In this document: in pieces, positions 32,809 through 40,000 of the stretch | Layout: every line of letters begins with the position of its first letter | How positions within the stretch are numbered: position 1 is the stretch's first letter | From: Pirellulaceae bacterium | Lineage (GTDB): Bacteria; Planctomycetota; Planctomycetia; Pirellulales; Pirellulaceae | Assembly: GCA_018402565.1 (NCBI GenBank) | Contig: JAGYIQ010000003.1 | Location: 221,746-261,745 of the forward strand | Direction of reading: 5' to 3' | DNA length: 40,000 nucleotides | The notes under the pieces: generated by a model | Told to the model about the DNA's origin: nothing | Databases searched by the model: none | Seen by the model: only the letters and a program-made list of their open reading frames with translations | Translations under genes and position numbers: made by a program

Positions 32809-33688
32809 AGCGTGATTGAAACGCGCGTTTGATTTTCGTGCGAACTGCAAAAAATATCGATTTCACACGCAAGAAAATCTCTTCACACGGCCCGAGGCCA
32901 TTGACACCCTAATCAGCTGGAATAAAATGCGGGCTACAGGCCAACAGTCTGTACGCTGGTCGTTTAAGGGATTGACCACGCGAAAAGCTCGCAGAAAATG
33001 AGCAACCTGGTTGCTCGCCGCTTTCTGGACCATAGCACTCTGTTCGAACTTGGTGGTTCCTGACCCGAACTGACCTAACTCAAGAAGCAGTGTGCGATCC
33101 AAAGATTGGATAGCGAAACACGTTGACCGCCTGGAAATGGGTGCGGCGAAGGTTCATTGTCAGATGGGCTGATCATCGCATTTATAATGAGGTAGTAAAT
33201 CGTGTGGGTACTATCGCAGCCCAGCTGAGATAGGCCCGGTGCAAAAATACCAAGTAATCAGCGTTTGGCTGGCGTATTGTGGGGGAGCGATACGGCGGTG
33301 AGGCGACGGTGTGTGGATGGGCGGATTACGATTCCTGTTACGTGCTGTTTTTTGTGCGTCGCCGGGATAGTGACGAGTCGATCTTGATGACTTGGTTTGG
33401 CTGCGCCGCAGGTCCTCCGCGATAGCCTTGATTGGGAATTCTTGCTACAGGTCCTCTTGCAGGAGAGTGACGTTGTAGCGCGAGGGTGTTGCCGGTGGGG
33501 GATTCGGGCCGTGTAAGTTTGGGCCATCTTTTGGATGGCGCCTGACGGGCGGTTTGGAGTCGTCGAGGGAACGGGCTTTCGAGCTTTACTATGGGACTGT
33601 GATTTGGCTGTTCGATGCAGCGATGGTTTCAAATTGGAACGATCGACTGCGTGTACCTTTGTTCTCGTTTTTTGGAGGTTCGTGTTTC

Positions 33689-35077
33689 ATGACCAAGCGA
33701 TTGATTGGTTCTTTGATGGCTGCCTGCTTCGCGGCATGCGCTCCCATCGCTCAAGCAGATTCGCCTTGTGGCTGCGGCCAAGTGGCGACCCCGGTTTACA
33801 GTGGCTGTGCCACTTCGGTTGCCTCGCCTTGTGGCACCGTTGCCAGTGATTGTGGTGGCTGTGGCGTCACCTATCAAACTCGGATCGTTTACGAAAACCA
33901 AATGGTCACCGAGATGCAAAAGGTGATGACCACCGAGTGCCATCCGGAGACTCGTACGGTTGACGTGACGACCTACACTCGTGTTCCCAAGACCGAGACC
34001 AAGACTCGCACCTACACCGTGATGGTCCCGACCCAACAGGTCAAGGACGTCACCTACACCGTGTGCGTACCGGTGACCGAAGACGTGGAGCAAAAGTTCC
34101 AGGTCTGCGTTCCTTACACCGAAGAAATCGACCAAACCTACACCGAGATGGTGACCAGCCAAGAGGTCCGCAAGGGCACTCGCATGGTCAACGAAAACTA
34201 CACCGAGACCTTGGTTCGCACCGTGACCAAAGACATGGGTACTTGGGAATGCCAAACCTACGAAGTTCCGGCCAGCAGCTGCGGTTCGGCCGCCAGCTCC
34301 TGCGGTTCGGCTGCGGGTAGCGGCTGTGGCATCTTCGGTGGTCGCCTGTTCAGCCGCTGCGGCGCTCGCCGTTGTGGCGGTGCAGCTTCGGCTTGCAGCA
34401 CTGGTTGCAGCACTGGCTGTGACACCGGTTGCAGCACTGGTTGCAGCACCGGCTGTGACACTGGTTGCGCCCCGGCGACCCGCACTGTGACTCGCCGCGT
34501 GTGGGTTCCCAACTGTGTAACGGAAGAAGTTCCTTACACCGTGACCCGCTGCCGTCAAGTTGCACAAGAGTACGAGTACACCGTCAACGTCTGCACCCCG
34601 GTCGAGAAGACCCGCAAGGTGACCGTGCGACGTACTCGCATGGAAGAGCAAGTTCGCACCGTCAAGGTCACCCGCATGGAACAACAGCAACAGGTCAAGC
34701 AAGTGACCTACTGCGTCATGGTTCCTGAGACCAAGACCGACACCTACGACGTGACCACCTACGAGTGCGTTCCGACCGTGACCCAGAAGCAGATCACTGT
34801 CATGGTTCCGGTTCAAGTCGAGAAGGAAGTTGCTGTAACTCGCTGCATCCGCGTCGCCAAGGAAGTCCAAGTTCCGGTCAGCACCGGCTGCAACACCGGC
34901 TGTGGCGTTTCCGCTTGTGACAGCGGTTGCTCGACCGGCCGTCGCGCTCGCTGCGCCCGTCCTCGTCGCAGCTGTGGCCTGTTCAGCCGTCTGCGTGGTG
35001 GTCGCTGTGGCGCCGCCGCCAGCAGCTGTGGCACCAGCAGCAGCTGTGGCACTGCCACCAGCAGCTGCGGTTGCTAA
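33689..35077 (+). CDS. Secreted YTV-repeat, cysteine-rich cell-envelope protein
   Basis: ATG 33689 is preceded by ggagg at 33674-33678. The signal peptide is MTKRLIGSLMAACFAACAPIAQA. Two blocks carry many xYT(V/E) beta-strand repeats (TYTVMVP, TYTVCVP, PYTEEI, TYTEMV, PYTVTR, EYTVNV...). They are flanked and separated by Cys/Gly/Ser/Thr low-complexity segments (CSTGCSTGCDTGC x2), and the C-terminus is ...SSCGC. The track ORF start 33554 adds a non-signal leader. Confidence 0.8.
   Translation: MTKRLIGSLMAACFAACAPIAQADSPCGCGQVATPVYSGCATSVASPCGTVASDCGGCGVTYQTRIVYENQMVTEMQKVMTTECHPETRTVDVTTYTRVPKTETKTRTYTVMVPTQQVKDVTYTVCVPVTEDVEQKFQVCVPYTEEIDQTYTEMVTSQEVRKGTRMVNENYTETLVRTVTKDMGTWECQTYEVPASSCGSAASSCGSAAGSGCGIFGGRLFSRCGARRCGGAASACSTGCSTGCDTGCSTGCSTGCDTGCAPATRTVTRRVWVPNCVTEEVPYTVTRCRQVAQEYEYTVNVCTPVEKTRKVTVRRTRMEEQVRTVKVTRMEQQQQVKQVTYCVMVPETKTDTYDVTTYECVPTVTQKQITVMVPVQVEKEVAVTRCIRVAKEVQVPVSTGCNTGCGVSACDSGCSTGRRARCARPRRSCGLFSRLRGGRCGAAASSCGTSSSCGTATSSCGC
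34394..34468. repeat. 36-bp in-frame tandem repeat x2 (CSTGCSTGCDTG) in the YTV gene
   Basis: Read directly: tgcagcactggttgcagcactggctgtgacaccggt / tgcagcactggttgcagcaccggctgtgacactggt. Confidence 0.85.
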
Positions 35078-35174
35078 GTTCTCTGGTGAGCGGAGCCGCG
35101 GCTGACGCCTAACCGCTCTTCAAAAGAACCATTGGCTGATTTCAGCCGCCGAGCTCGGCTCGGGATTGAAAAAT

Positions 35175-35211
35175 AAAAAACGCATCGGACCATGTCCGAT
35201 GCGTTTTTTTT
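35175..35211. terminator. Bidirectional Rho-independent terminator between the convergent YTV and secretin genes
   Basis: The perfect 10-bp stem is cgcatcggac (35181-35190) / gtccgatgcg (35194-35203) with a 3-nt loop. It is flanked by an A-run (35175-35180) and a T8 run (35204-35211), so it is U-tailed in both orientations. Confidence 0.85.
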
Positions 35212-35340
35212 GGTTGGTGGGTGGGTTATCGACTGTTCAGAAACGAACAACTCAGTCGCCCAGCGCTTTGTCACAGCCAAAACTTGGCGTGTGTTAAAGG
35301 GGTCCCGAGTCTGCAGGGCGACAAAACACCAGCGGTTGGC

Positions 35341-37140
35341 TCAGCGATATTGAGCGGCCCGTTTTGGCCAAATCGGCTGTTTGACCGCGTCCGGCAAGCG
35401 GGGCTCAGGGCGAGGAGCCGACTGCAAATCGGGAGTGAGAACTGGCATGTCCACTCGCTGCAGATCGTGGAACTCTTCGCTGGTGGGCGAGTTGTGGCAG
35501 TCGACGATTCGCGGCAAGAGGGCTACGACGACTTCCGTTCGTTCGCGGTCAACCGTCCGTCGTTGGAACAGGCGTCCCACCAGCCACAGATCGCCCAACC
35601 ACGGCACTTTGGACTGGCGTTCGATATCCGACTCTTGGATCAGCCCGCCGATGATGACACCATGTCCATCCGGGACCATAATGGTGGTGTTCAGTTCCGT
35701 CGTATCTTCATTCGGCAATTTTGTGACGGGATCGATCTCGCCCTGAGAGACTTTGGGATTGAGCGTCAGCAAGACTTGCCCTTGATCGCCGATTTGAGGT
35801 GTGACACTGAGCACCGTGCCGACCTCCAAAAACTGAACTGCCTCGACCGTGACGGTTTGGGTCGTCGTAGCCGTGGAGAAGGCCAAGCGACCGCCAATTT
35901 GAATGCGAGATTCCTGGCCGTTGATCATCATCAACTTAGGAGAAGCCAAGGTTTTGGCATCCAAGGTGGAGGCCAGCATGTCCAAAACTTGATTGAACCG
36001 AGTGCCGCCCACCGTAAACACCGCACCAGGATTCTGATCGCTACTAAACGTCTGCGTCTTGAGCCAGACTTCTGGTCCCGCTCCGCGCGCCAATTGCTCC
36101 AAATTGATGCCGTGGGCATCGTCTTTGCCCAGCTTGACTTGTAGGATTCGGACTTCCACCGCAACCTGCTTGGGCGGTTGATCGACTTGGGACACGTAGT
36201 CGGCGACCCGAGCGACATACATGGGGAGATCTTCAACCACCAGCTGTTCGACGGCTTTTAACTTGTTGTTGTTGACGGTTTCCTGAGCAAACACACTGCC
36301 GACCGGTGAGATCAAGCCACGCACCACGGTTTCAACGTCTTTCGCCGAAATGTAGCTGAGATTGAAGACCTTGAGCACACGTCCCTGCGCTAAAAAATTC
36401 TGTGGCTGCTCCTTGTCGACGGATGTCACGTAGATCACGTCTTGATGACGCGACCAAGTGCAATTGCCGATCGTCGTTATGGCATCAAGAGCATTGTCCA
36501 GGGTCGTGGGGCGGAGGGATATCGTCACATTCACATTCAGGGAAGCGGGCGCGATGATGCTCAGCCCTTGCTGTTCAGCAATGGCGGCCAACAGGCTGTG
36601 CAACGGAGTATCACGCACCGAAATGGTGACCAAATCCTGCTCGCTGCGAACGGCGTCAGGAGCCAAGGGGGCGGGAGCCACAGCCAACTCAAGTGGGCCT
36701 GGCGTTGGGTTAGCCAAATCTTGCCAGGCCTCAGGGATCGCCGGCAAAAACTTGCTCAAGCTAACTTCCGGTTGGGTTTCTGCCAGAGTCATCAGAGATG
36801 AAGTCGAAACCCCTTCCGCCTGTGTGGGTAAAGCTGCTTGAGCATTCGAGCTCACATACCCCACTTGCTGGTTGGGCGGTCGGACCGCGATTGCTGCCGC
36901 CCCCGACGGCTGATTCGCTCCAGGCCGTGGCGTCCCCATGGTCGGACCGGGCAATTGCACCGCTGGAGGAGCCGGGGCCTGCTCCACCAAGACCGCCGTC
37001 GACGGGGTCCAGGGATTGTGCGCGGCACAACCGATCCAAAATGCTAGCAGGCTCAATCCACAGAGAGCTTGGGCGGGAGAACCACTGACCCGCAGGGTTC
37101 GCCGAGTGAGTTGCTCGGTATTCTTCGCCCAATTACTCAT
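35341..37140 (-). CDS. Secretin (type II secretion / type IV pilus GspD/PilQ family outer-membrane channel)
   Basis: The C-terminal secretin domain reads KTLASPKLMMINGQESRIQIGG...VGTVLSVTPQIGDQGQVLLTLNPKVS...TTELNTTIMVPDGHGVIIGGLIQE...SKVPWLGDLWLVGRLFQ. Upstream are N-domains (VLKVFNLSYISAKDVETVVRGLIS..., VAVEVRILQV). The N-terminus has a signal sequence with Cys (LLAFWIGC) and a Pro-rich spacer. Confidence 0.85.
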   Translation of the reverse strand: MSNWAKNTEQLTRRTLRVSGSPAQALCGLSLLAFWIGCAAHNPWTPSTAVLVEQAPAPPAVQLPGPTMGTPRPGANQPSGAAAIAVRPPNQQVGYVSSNAQAALPTQAEGVSTSSLMTLAETQPEVSLSKFLPAIPEAWQDLANPTPGPLELAVAPAPLAPDAVRSEQDLVTISVRDTPLHSLLAAIAEQQGLSIIAPASLNVNVTISLRPTTLDNALDAITTIGNCTWSRHQDVIYVTSVDKEQPQNFLAQGRVLKVFNLSYISAKDVETVVRGLISPVGSVFAQETVNNNKLKAVEQLVVEDLPMYVARVADYVSQVDQPPKQVAVEVRILQVKLGKDDAHGINLEQLARGAGPEVWLKTQTFSSDQNPGAVFTVGGTRFNQVLDMLASTLDAKTLASPKLMMINGQESRIQIGGRLAFSTATTTQTVTVEAVQFLEVGTVLSVTPQIGDQGQVLLTLNPKVSQGEIDPVTKLPNEDTTELNTTIMVPDGHGVIIGGLIQESDIERQSKVPWLGDLWLVGRLFQRRTVDRERTEVVVALLPRIVDCHNSPTSEEFHDLQRVDMPVLTPDLQSAPRPEPRLPDAVKQPIWPKRAAQYR

Positions 37141-37425
37141 GAATCACAGTCATACAGGAGTCGGTAGCTTCGCGGCCCGCCAGTGTGTCAATCTGTGCGG
37201 ATTGCGCGAACTCTACCGCTCCCATCGGCTGGAGTGGCCAGAAAAATTAAACTCAGTCGGGGTATTCTTTAGACAGTGCCCGCTCGGATGGCGGGGAGGG
37301 AGAAATGGTTAAGATGCACAACTCACAAAGCTTGCATTCTAGCCGATCGAGGCACTGAAGCTGGGTCGACCTCTGCTCAGCCGCCATCCGGGGCACCCGG
37401 CTGGAACACTCGCAGGCAGCGTCTG

Positions 37426-39111
37426 TTACTGGGGGGCCGTGGCCGTGAGGGACGCGACTGCCAGGGGCGGATCGGTGTCGCCGAGAGGAGCTGCCATGGA
37501 AATTGACATGGCCGAGCCGGTTTTGTTTCCGCGGGCTTTGAAGTGTTGGCAGATGCGTTCGATATCCTCGCGGGCGTCGCAAAAGGCTTGCACGACTCGG
37601 CCGTCCCACTGTTGGTTTCTGCCTTCTTCGAGGATCGAGGCGGCTTTGGCCACGGGCATACCATCACGGTAGGGACGGTCGCTGGTCATGGCATCGAAGG
37701 CATCGGCGACCGCCAGGATTCTGGCCATGAGGGGAATTTCCTCTCCCTGTAGTCCGTAGGGATAGCCGCGACCGTCGTACGATTCGTGATGGTGCAAGAC
37801 GCCGGGCAACAGTTTCTCGAGTGGCTTGAGGCCGCGGAGCAGGCGGGCTCCGACCTCGGGATGTTGTTTGATGACGTCAAATTCCTCGTCGGTGAGACGT
37901 CCGGGCTTTTGCAAGATATGGTCCGGGATGCCGATCTTGCCGATGTCGTGTAGGAGTCCGCAGAGGAAGATGTCCTGGCACTGCTCCGGTGACAGCCCAA
38001 GTTGGGCCGCCAGACGTCTTCCCATCAGAGCGACGCGGTCGCTGTGTCCAGAAGTGTAAGCATCGCGTGCCTCGATGGCTCCCACCAAGGTGTGGGTGAT
38101 ACCAACCAGCAGGGTGTCCAGATCTTGGAATAGTCGATGGTTACTGACATGGGACCCCAGCATCATGGCGGAGGCCTCCAGCAAAGTGGCCTCCATGGAA
38201 CCGATTTCATCATGTCCCAAGGAATTGTGGGGCGAACCCGATTGCAGGGTATCGGCCTGTTTATTGAGCCCGACCAACCAGCCGAAGACTTGGCCTTGGG
38301 TGTTGATGGGTGCCAGGACCACGGACTTCAGTTCGGGCGGAACCTCAGCAGCGGAACTTAGCGTACCGCGGTAGTTTCGCACCAGCACCCGTCGGTTGGC
38401 AGCACCGAACCGGGTAATGATATCGCAGCAGTCGGCTTCCGAGATCATCAACTGGCCGGCCACGCCCACCACACGCTCGGCTCGTAGGACTGCGGCGTCC
38501 GTCTCTCCCTCGGCCGGGCTGGCCTTGACCAAACAGACCACTTCGACCTCCAGCAGTTGTCGCAAGTCGGGCAAAATGGCCGAGGCGACATCGATCGGCG
38601 GACGATTGGCAACGCAGTGATCCACGTGCTGCGACAGTCGACGCAAAAAGTACAGTTCTTCGAAGCTGGCCGACAGCCGAGTCGCGTAGTGATCCAGCAT
38701 CTCTTTGTCTTCGGCGTGTCGAACTTGTTGGGCGGCCTGCTGAGCCGCGACCTGAGCGAGCGACCAAGGATTCAACCGGACCACGCCGACAACGATTTCC
38801 GGTTGCAAATCGTCCGATTCAGACCAGGCAGCCAAGATGGCTTGATCTTCAGCAATTGGCCAAAGTTGAGGGGTTGAACTTCGCGCAGCAACCATTTGGT
38901 CGAAACGCAATGTTCGCTGTTCTGGGTTGAGGACGGCGTCGAGCGGATCGAGGGCGTTGGACTTTTGCCAACCCGCTTGGCACTCCGTTGTGTCCGTCAA
39001 CCGTGTCCAAACGTTGAACTGGGCTCCGAATGCCTGCTCCAACTGCTGTTGCAACAGCTGTGTCCGGGGCGATGCTTCGTTCGGCAGTTGGGATTGGAAG
39101 CTGGGTATCAT
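37426..39111 (-). CDS. HD-GYP domain phosphohydrolase (putative c-di-GMP phosphodiesterase) with an N-terminal GAF-like sensor region
   Basis: The sequence shows HSDRVALMGRRLA...CGLLHDIGKIGIP (HD motif), HPEVGARLL, VLHHHESYDGRGYPYGL (HHExxDGxGYP motif) and ILAVADAFDAMTSDRPYR. The N-terminal 330 aa have GAF-like segments (VVLAPINTQGQVFGWLVGLNK). I prefer ATG 39111; the track start 39132 is a TTG. Confidence 0.85.
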   Translation of the reverse strand: MIPSFQSQLPNEASPRTQLLQQQLEQAFGAQFNVWTRLTDTTECQAGWQKSNALDPLDAVLNPEQRTLRFDQMVAARSSTPQLWPIAEDQAILAAWSESDDLQPEIVVGVVRLNPWSLAQVAAQQAAQQVRHAEDKEMLDHYATRLSASFEELYFLRRLSQHVDHCVANRPPIDVASAILPDLRQLLEVEVVCLVKASPAEGETDAAVLRAERVVGVAGQLMISEADCCDIITRFGAANRRVLVRNYRGTLSSAAEVPPELKSVVLAPINTQGQVFGWLVGLNKQADTLQSGSPHNSLGHDEIGSMEATLLEASAMMLGSHVSNHRLFQDLDTLLVGITHTLVGAIEARDAYTSGHSDRVALMGRRLAAQLGLSPEQCQDIFLCGLLHDIGKIGIPDHILQKPGRLTDEEFDVIKQHPEVGARLLRGLKPLEKLLPGVLHHHESYDGRGYPYGLQGEEIPLMARILAVADAFDAMTSDRPYRDGMPVAKAASILEEGRNQQWDGRVVQAFCDAREDIERICQHFKARGNKTGSAMSISMAAPLGDTDPPLAVASLTATAPQ

Positions 39112-39630
39112 GAGCGATTCAACACATGCCAATGGTCGTCAAAGTAATTTAAACTTCGATCCTGACGTCTGTACAAGTTGGTTGCGAGTCGGTCTGTCAT
39201 CGACCACAAGCGTGCTCATATATAGATCGTGATTGACGAAGCGGACCGAAAAAAACTGAGTTTGCGGTTTTTGCTTCCGGAAGTAGTGTCAAGGAGCGAC
39301 TCGCGGCCCGTTGAAAGTCGCGGCGACTGGTCGGGGCGAATCATCGGCCTGTGCGGGCAGTGCAGTCTGGGCAGTTTGGATGGCCTGAGCTGGCTGCGAA
39401 GCAAAAAACGACGAGCAATCCCATTTTTTTCATCACGCGTATCGAACCACGTTCTAGGGTTGGATGGCCGAAACTGAGGTGGTTGCCCAAACCATCCAGT
39501 CTCGCTGCTCAGGTTCGGTACGGGCTGCTGGCTCAAGGGTTGGCAGAGAGTTGCGGTCAGACCGTTTTGATCGCCACCGTCACCGCCAGCTGTCCCTGTT
39601 TGTTTGCGTTGTTCATCGAAGGAGCCTTCC

Positions 39631-40000
39631 GTGATTTCACCACGACCGTATACCGTTCGTCGAGCCTTCAGTCTCGTGGAATTAGTGATTGTGATTCTGA
39701 TTTTAGGTATTTTGGCGGCTGTAGCCGCTCCGCGGATGTTCGATCAAGCGACGACCGCTCGCCAGAACGGTACGCGTCAATCGTTGGTGGTCGTTCGCAA
39801 CGCGATCGAGTTGTTCCGAGCCCAGACCGGCGCTCTGCCCAACGCCGATATCAAGGTCCAACTGCAACCGTTCTTGCAAGGTGCATTCCCACGCGCCGAA
39901 GTTGGTCCGACGACGAATCACAACGACAACGTACGCATCGTTAGTGACGCGAACCCGCTGTCGCCGTCTGGCACGGAGGGTTGGGCCTACAACCGACAGA
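39631..40000 (+). CDS. Prepilin-type N-terminal cleavage/methylation domain protein (type II pseudopilin or type IV pilin-like). The 3' end lies beyond the window.
   Basis: This gene is absent from the ORF track because it runs off the right edge. GTG 39631 is preceded by gaaggag at 39618-39625. My translation reads MISPRPYTVRRAFSLVELVIVILILGILAAVAAPRMFDQATTARQNGTRQSLVVVRNAIELFRAQTG.... This has the class III signal-peptide motif (A/G)F(S/T)LVEL followed by a hydrophobic helix. Confidence 0.75.
   Translation, partial: MISPRPYTVRRAFSLVELVIVILILGILAAVAAPRMFDQATTARQNGTRQSLVVVRNAIELFRAQTGALPNADIKVQLQPFLQGAFPRAEVGPTTNHNDNVRIVSDANPLSPSGTEGWAYNRQ

Noticed and set aside
32816-33632. Small ORFs in the low-GC gap (32816..33001 +, 32863..33102 -, 33258..33632 -)
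   Set aside because: The translations are basic and low complexity. They have no SD or start context and no recognisable family, and the codon usage visibly differs from neighbouring genes. I left the region as non-coding.
33629-34870. 413-aa minus-strand ORF opposite the YTV gene
   Set aside because: It is the antisense frame of a repetitive gene and lacks a signal, an SD and any motifs. The plus-strand gene has a signal peptide, an SD and a terminator.
39216-39536. 106-aa minus-strand ORF in the HD-GYP/pilin divergent region
   Set aside because: It has no SD or motif, it overlaps several equally poor ORFs, and the region is better explained as a divergent promoter region.

Overview
GC-rich bacterial chromosomal segment. 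The gene content points to Planctomycetota, probably Pirellulales-like: a Tat-signal DUF1501 protein, a YTV-repeat Cys-rich envelope protein, a LamG-type secreted protein, an orphan Flp pilin, the H4MPT-pathway gene mch, and a polytopic Ser/Thr kinase next to an ECF sigma factor. This assignment comes from motif recognition only; no database search was possible. I support about 30 CDS: yidC, a 2-oxoacid dehydrogenase E2, LamG-like, STK, a repeat/TM protein, ECF sigma, valS, cutC, mnmE-like, coaX, DUF1501, an EF-G paralog, yeiH-like, a small ORF, ThiF/MoeB-like, ypfJ-like, flp, uvrA-like, kdsA, mch, slyX, dnaX, the YTV protein, a secretin, an HD-GYP protein and a prepilin-type protein. I also support one ncRNA (SRP RNA directly upstream of dnaX), two strong intrinsic terminators, and several tandem repeats both inside and outside genes. 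I see no rRNA, tRNA, CRISPR array, transposase, integrase, phage genes or recognisable defence system, so this is mostly core genome. The most noteworthy signals are these. (1) dnaX carries an A10 run immediately followed by stop codons in both shifted frames, a classic gamma/tau recoding architecture. (2) A second reading-frame break in dnaX lies inside a 24-bp tandem repeat and separates an intact C-terminal domain. (3) An STK, membrane protein and ECF sigma form a module with no canonical anti-sigma factor. (4) A structured 48-58 bp tandem repeat array sits in the convergent gap after valS. (5) A YTV/Cys-rich envelope gene has a strong SD and terminator and lies behind a roughly 880-bp lower-GC non-coding region. 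(6) A secretin, HD-GYP protein and pseudopilin form a cluster at the right edge. Many long ORFs in the supplied track are antisense shadow ORFs typical of high-GC DNA, and I rejected them.
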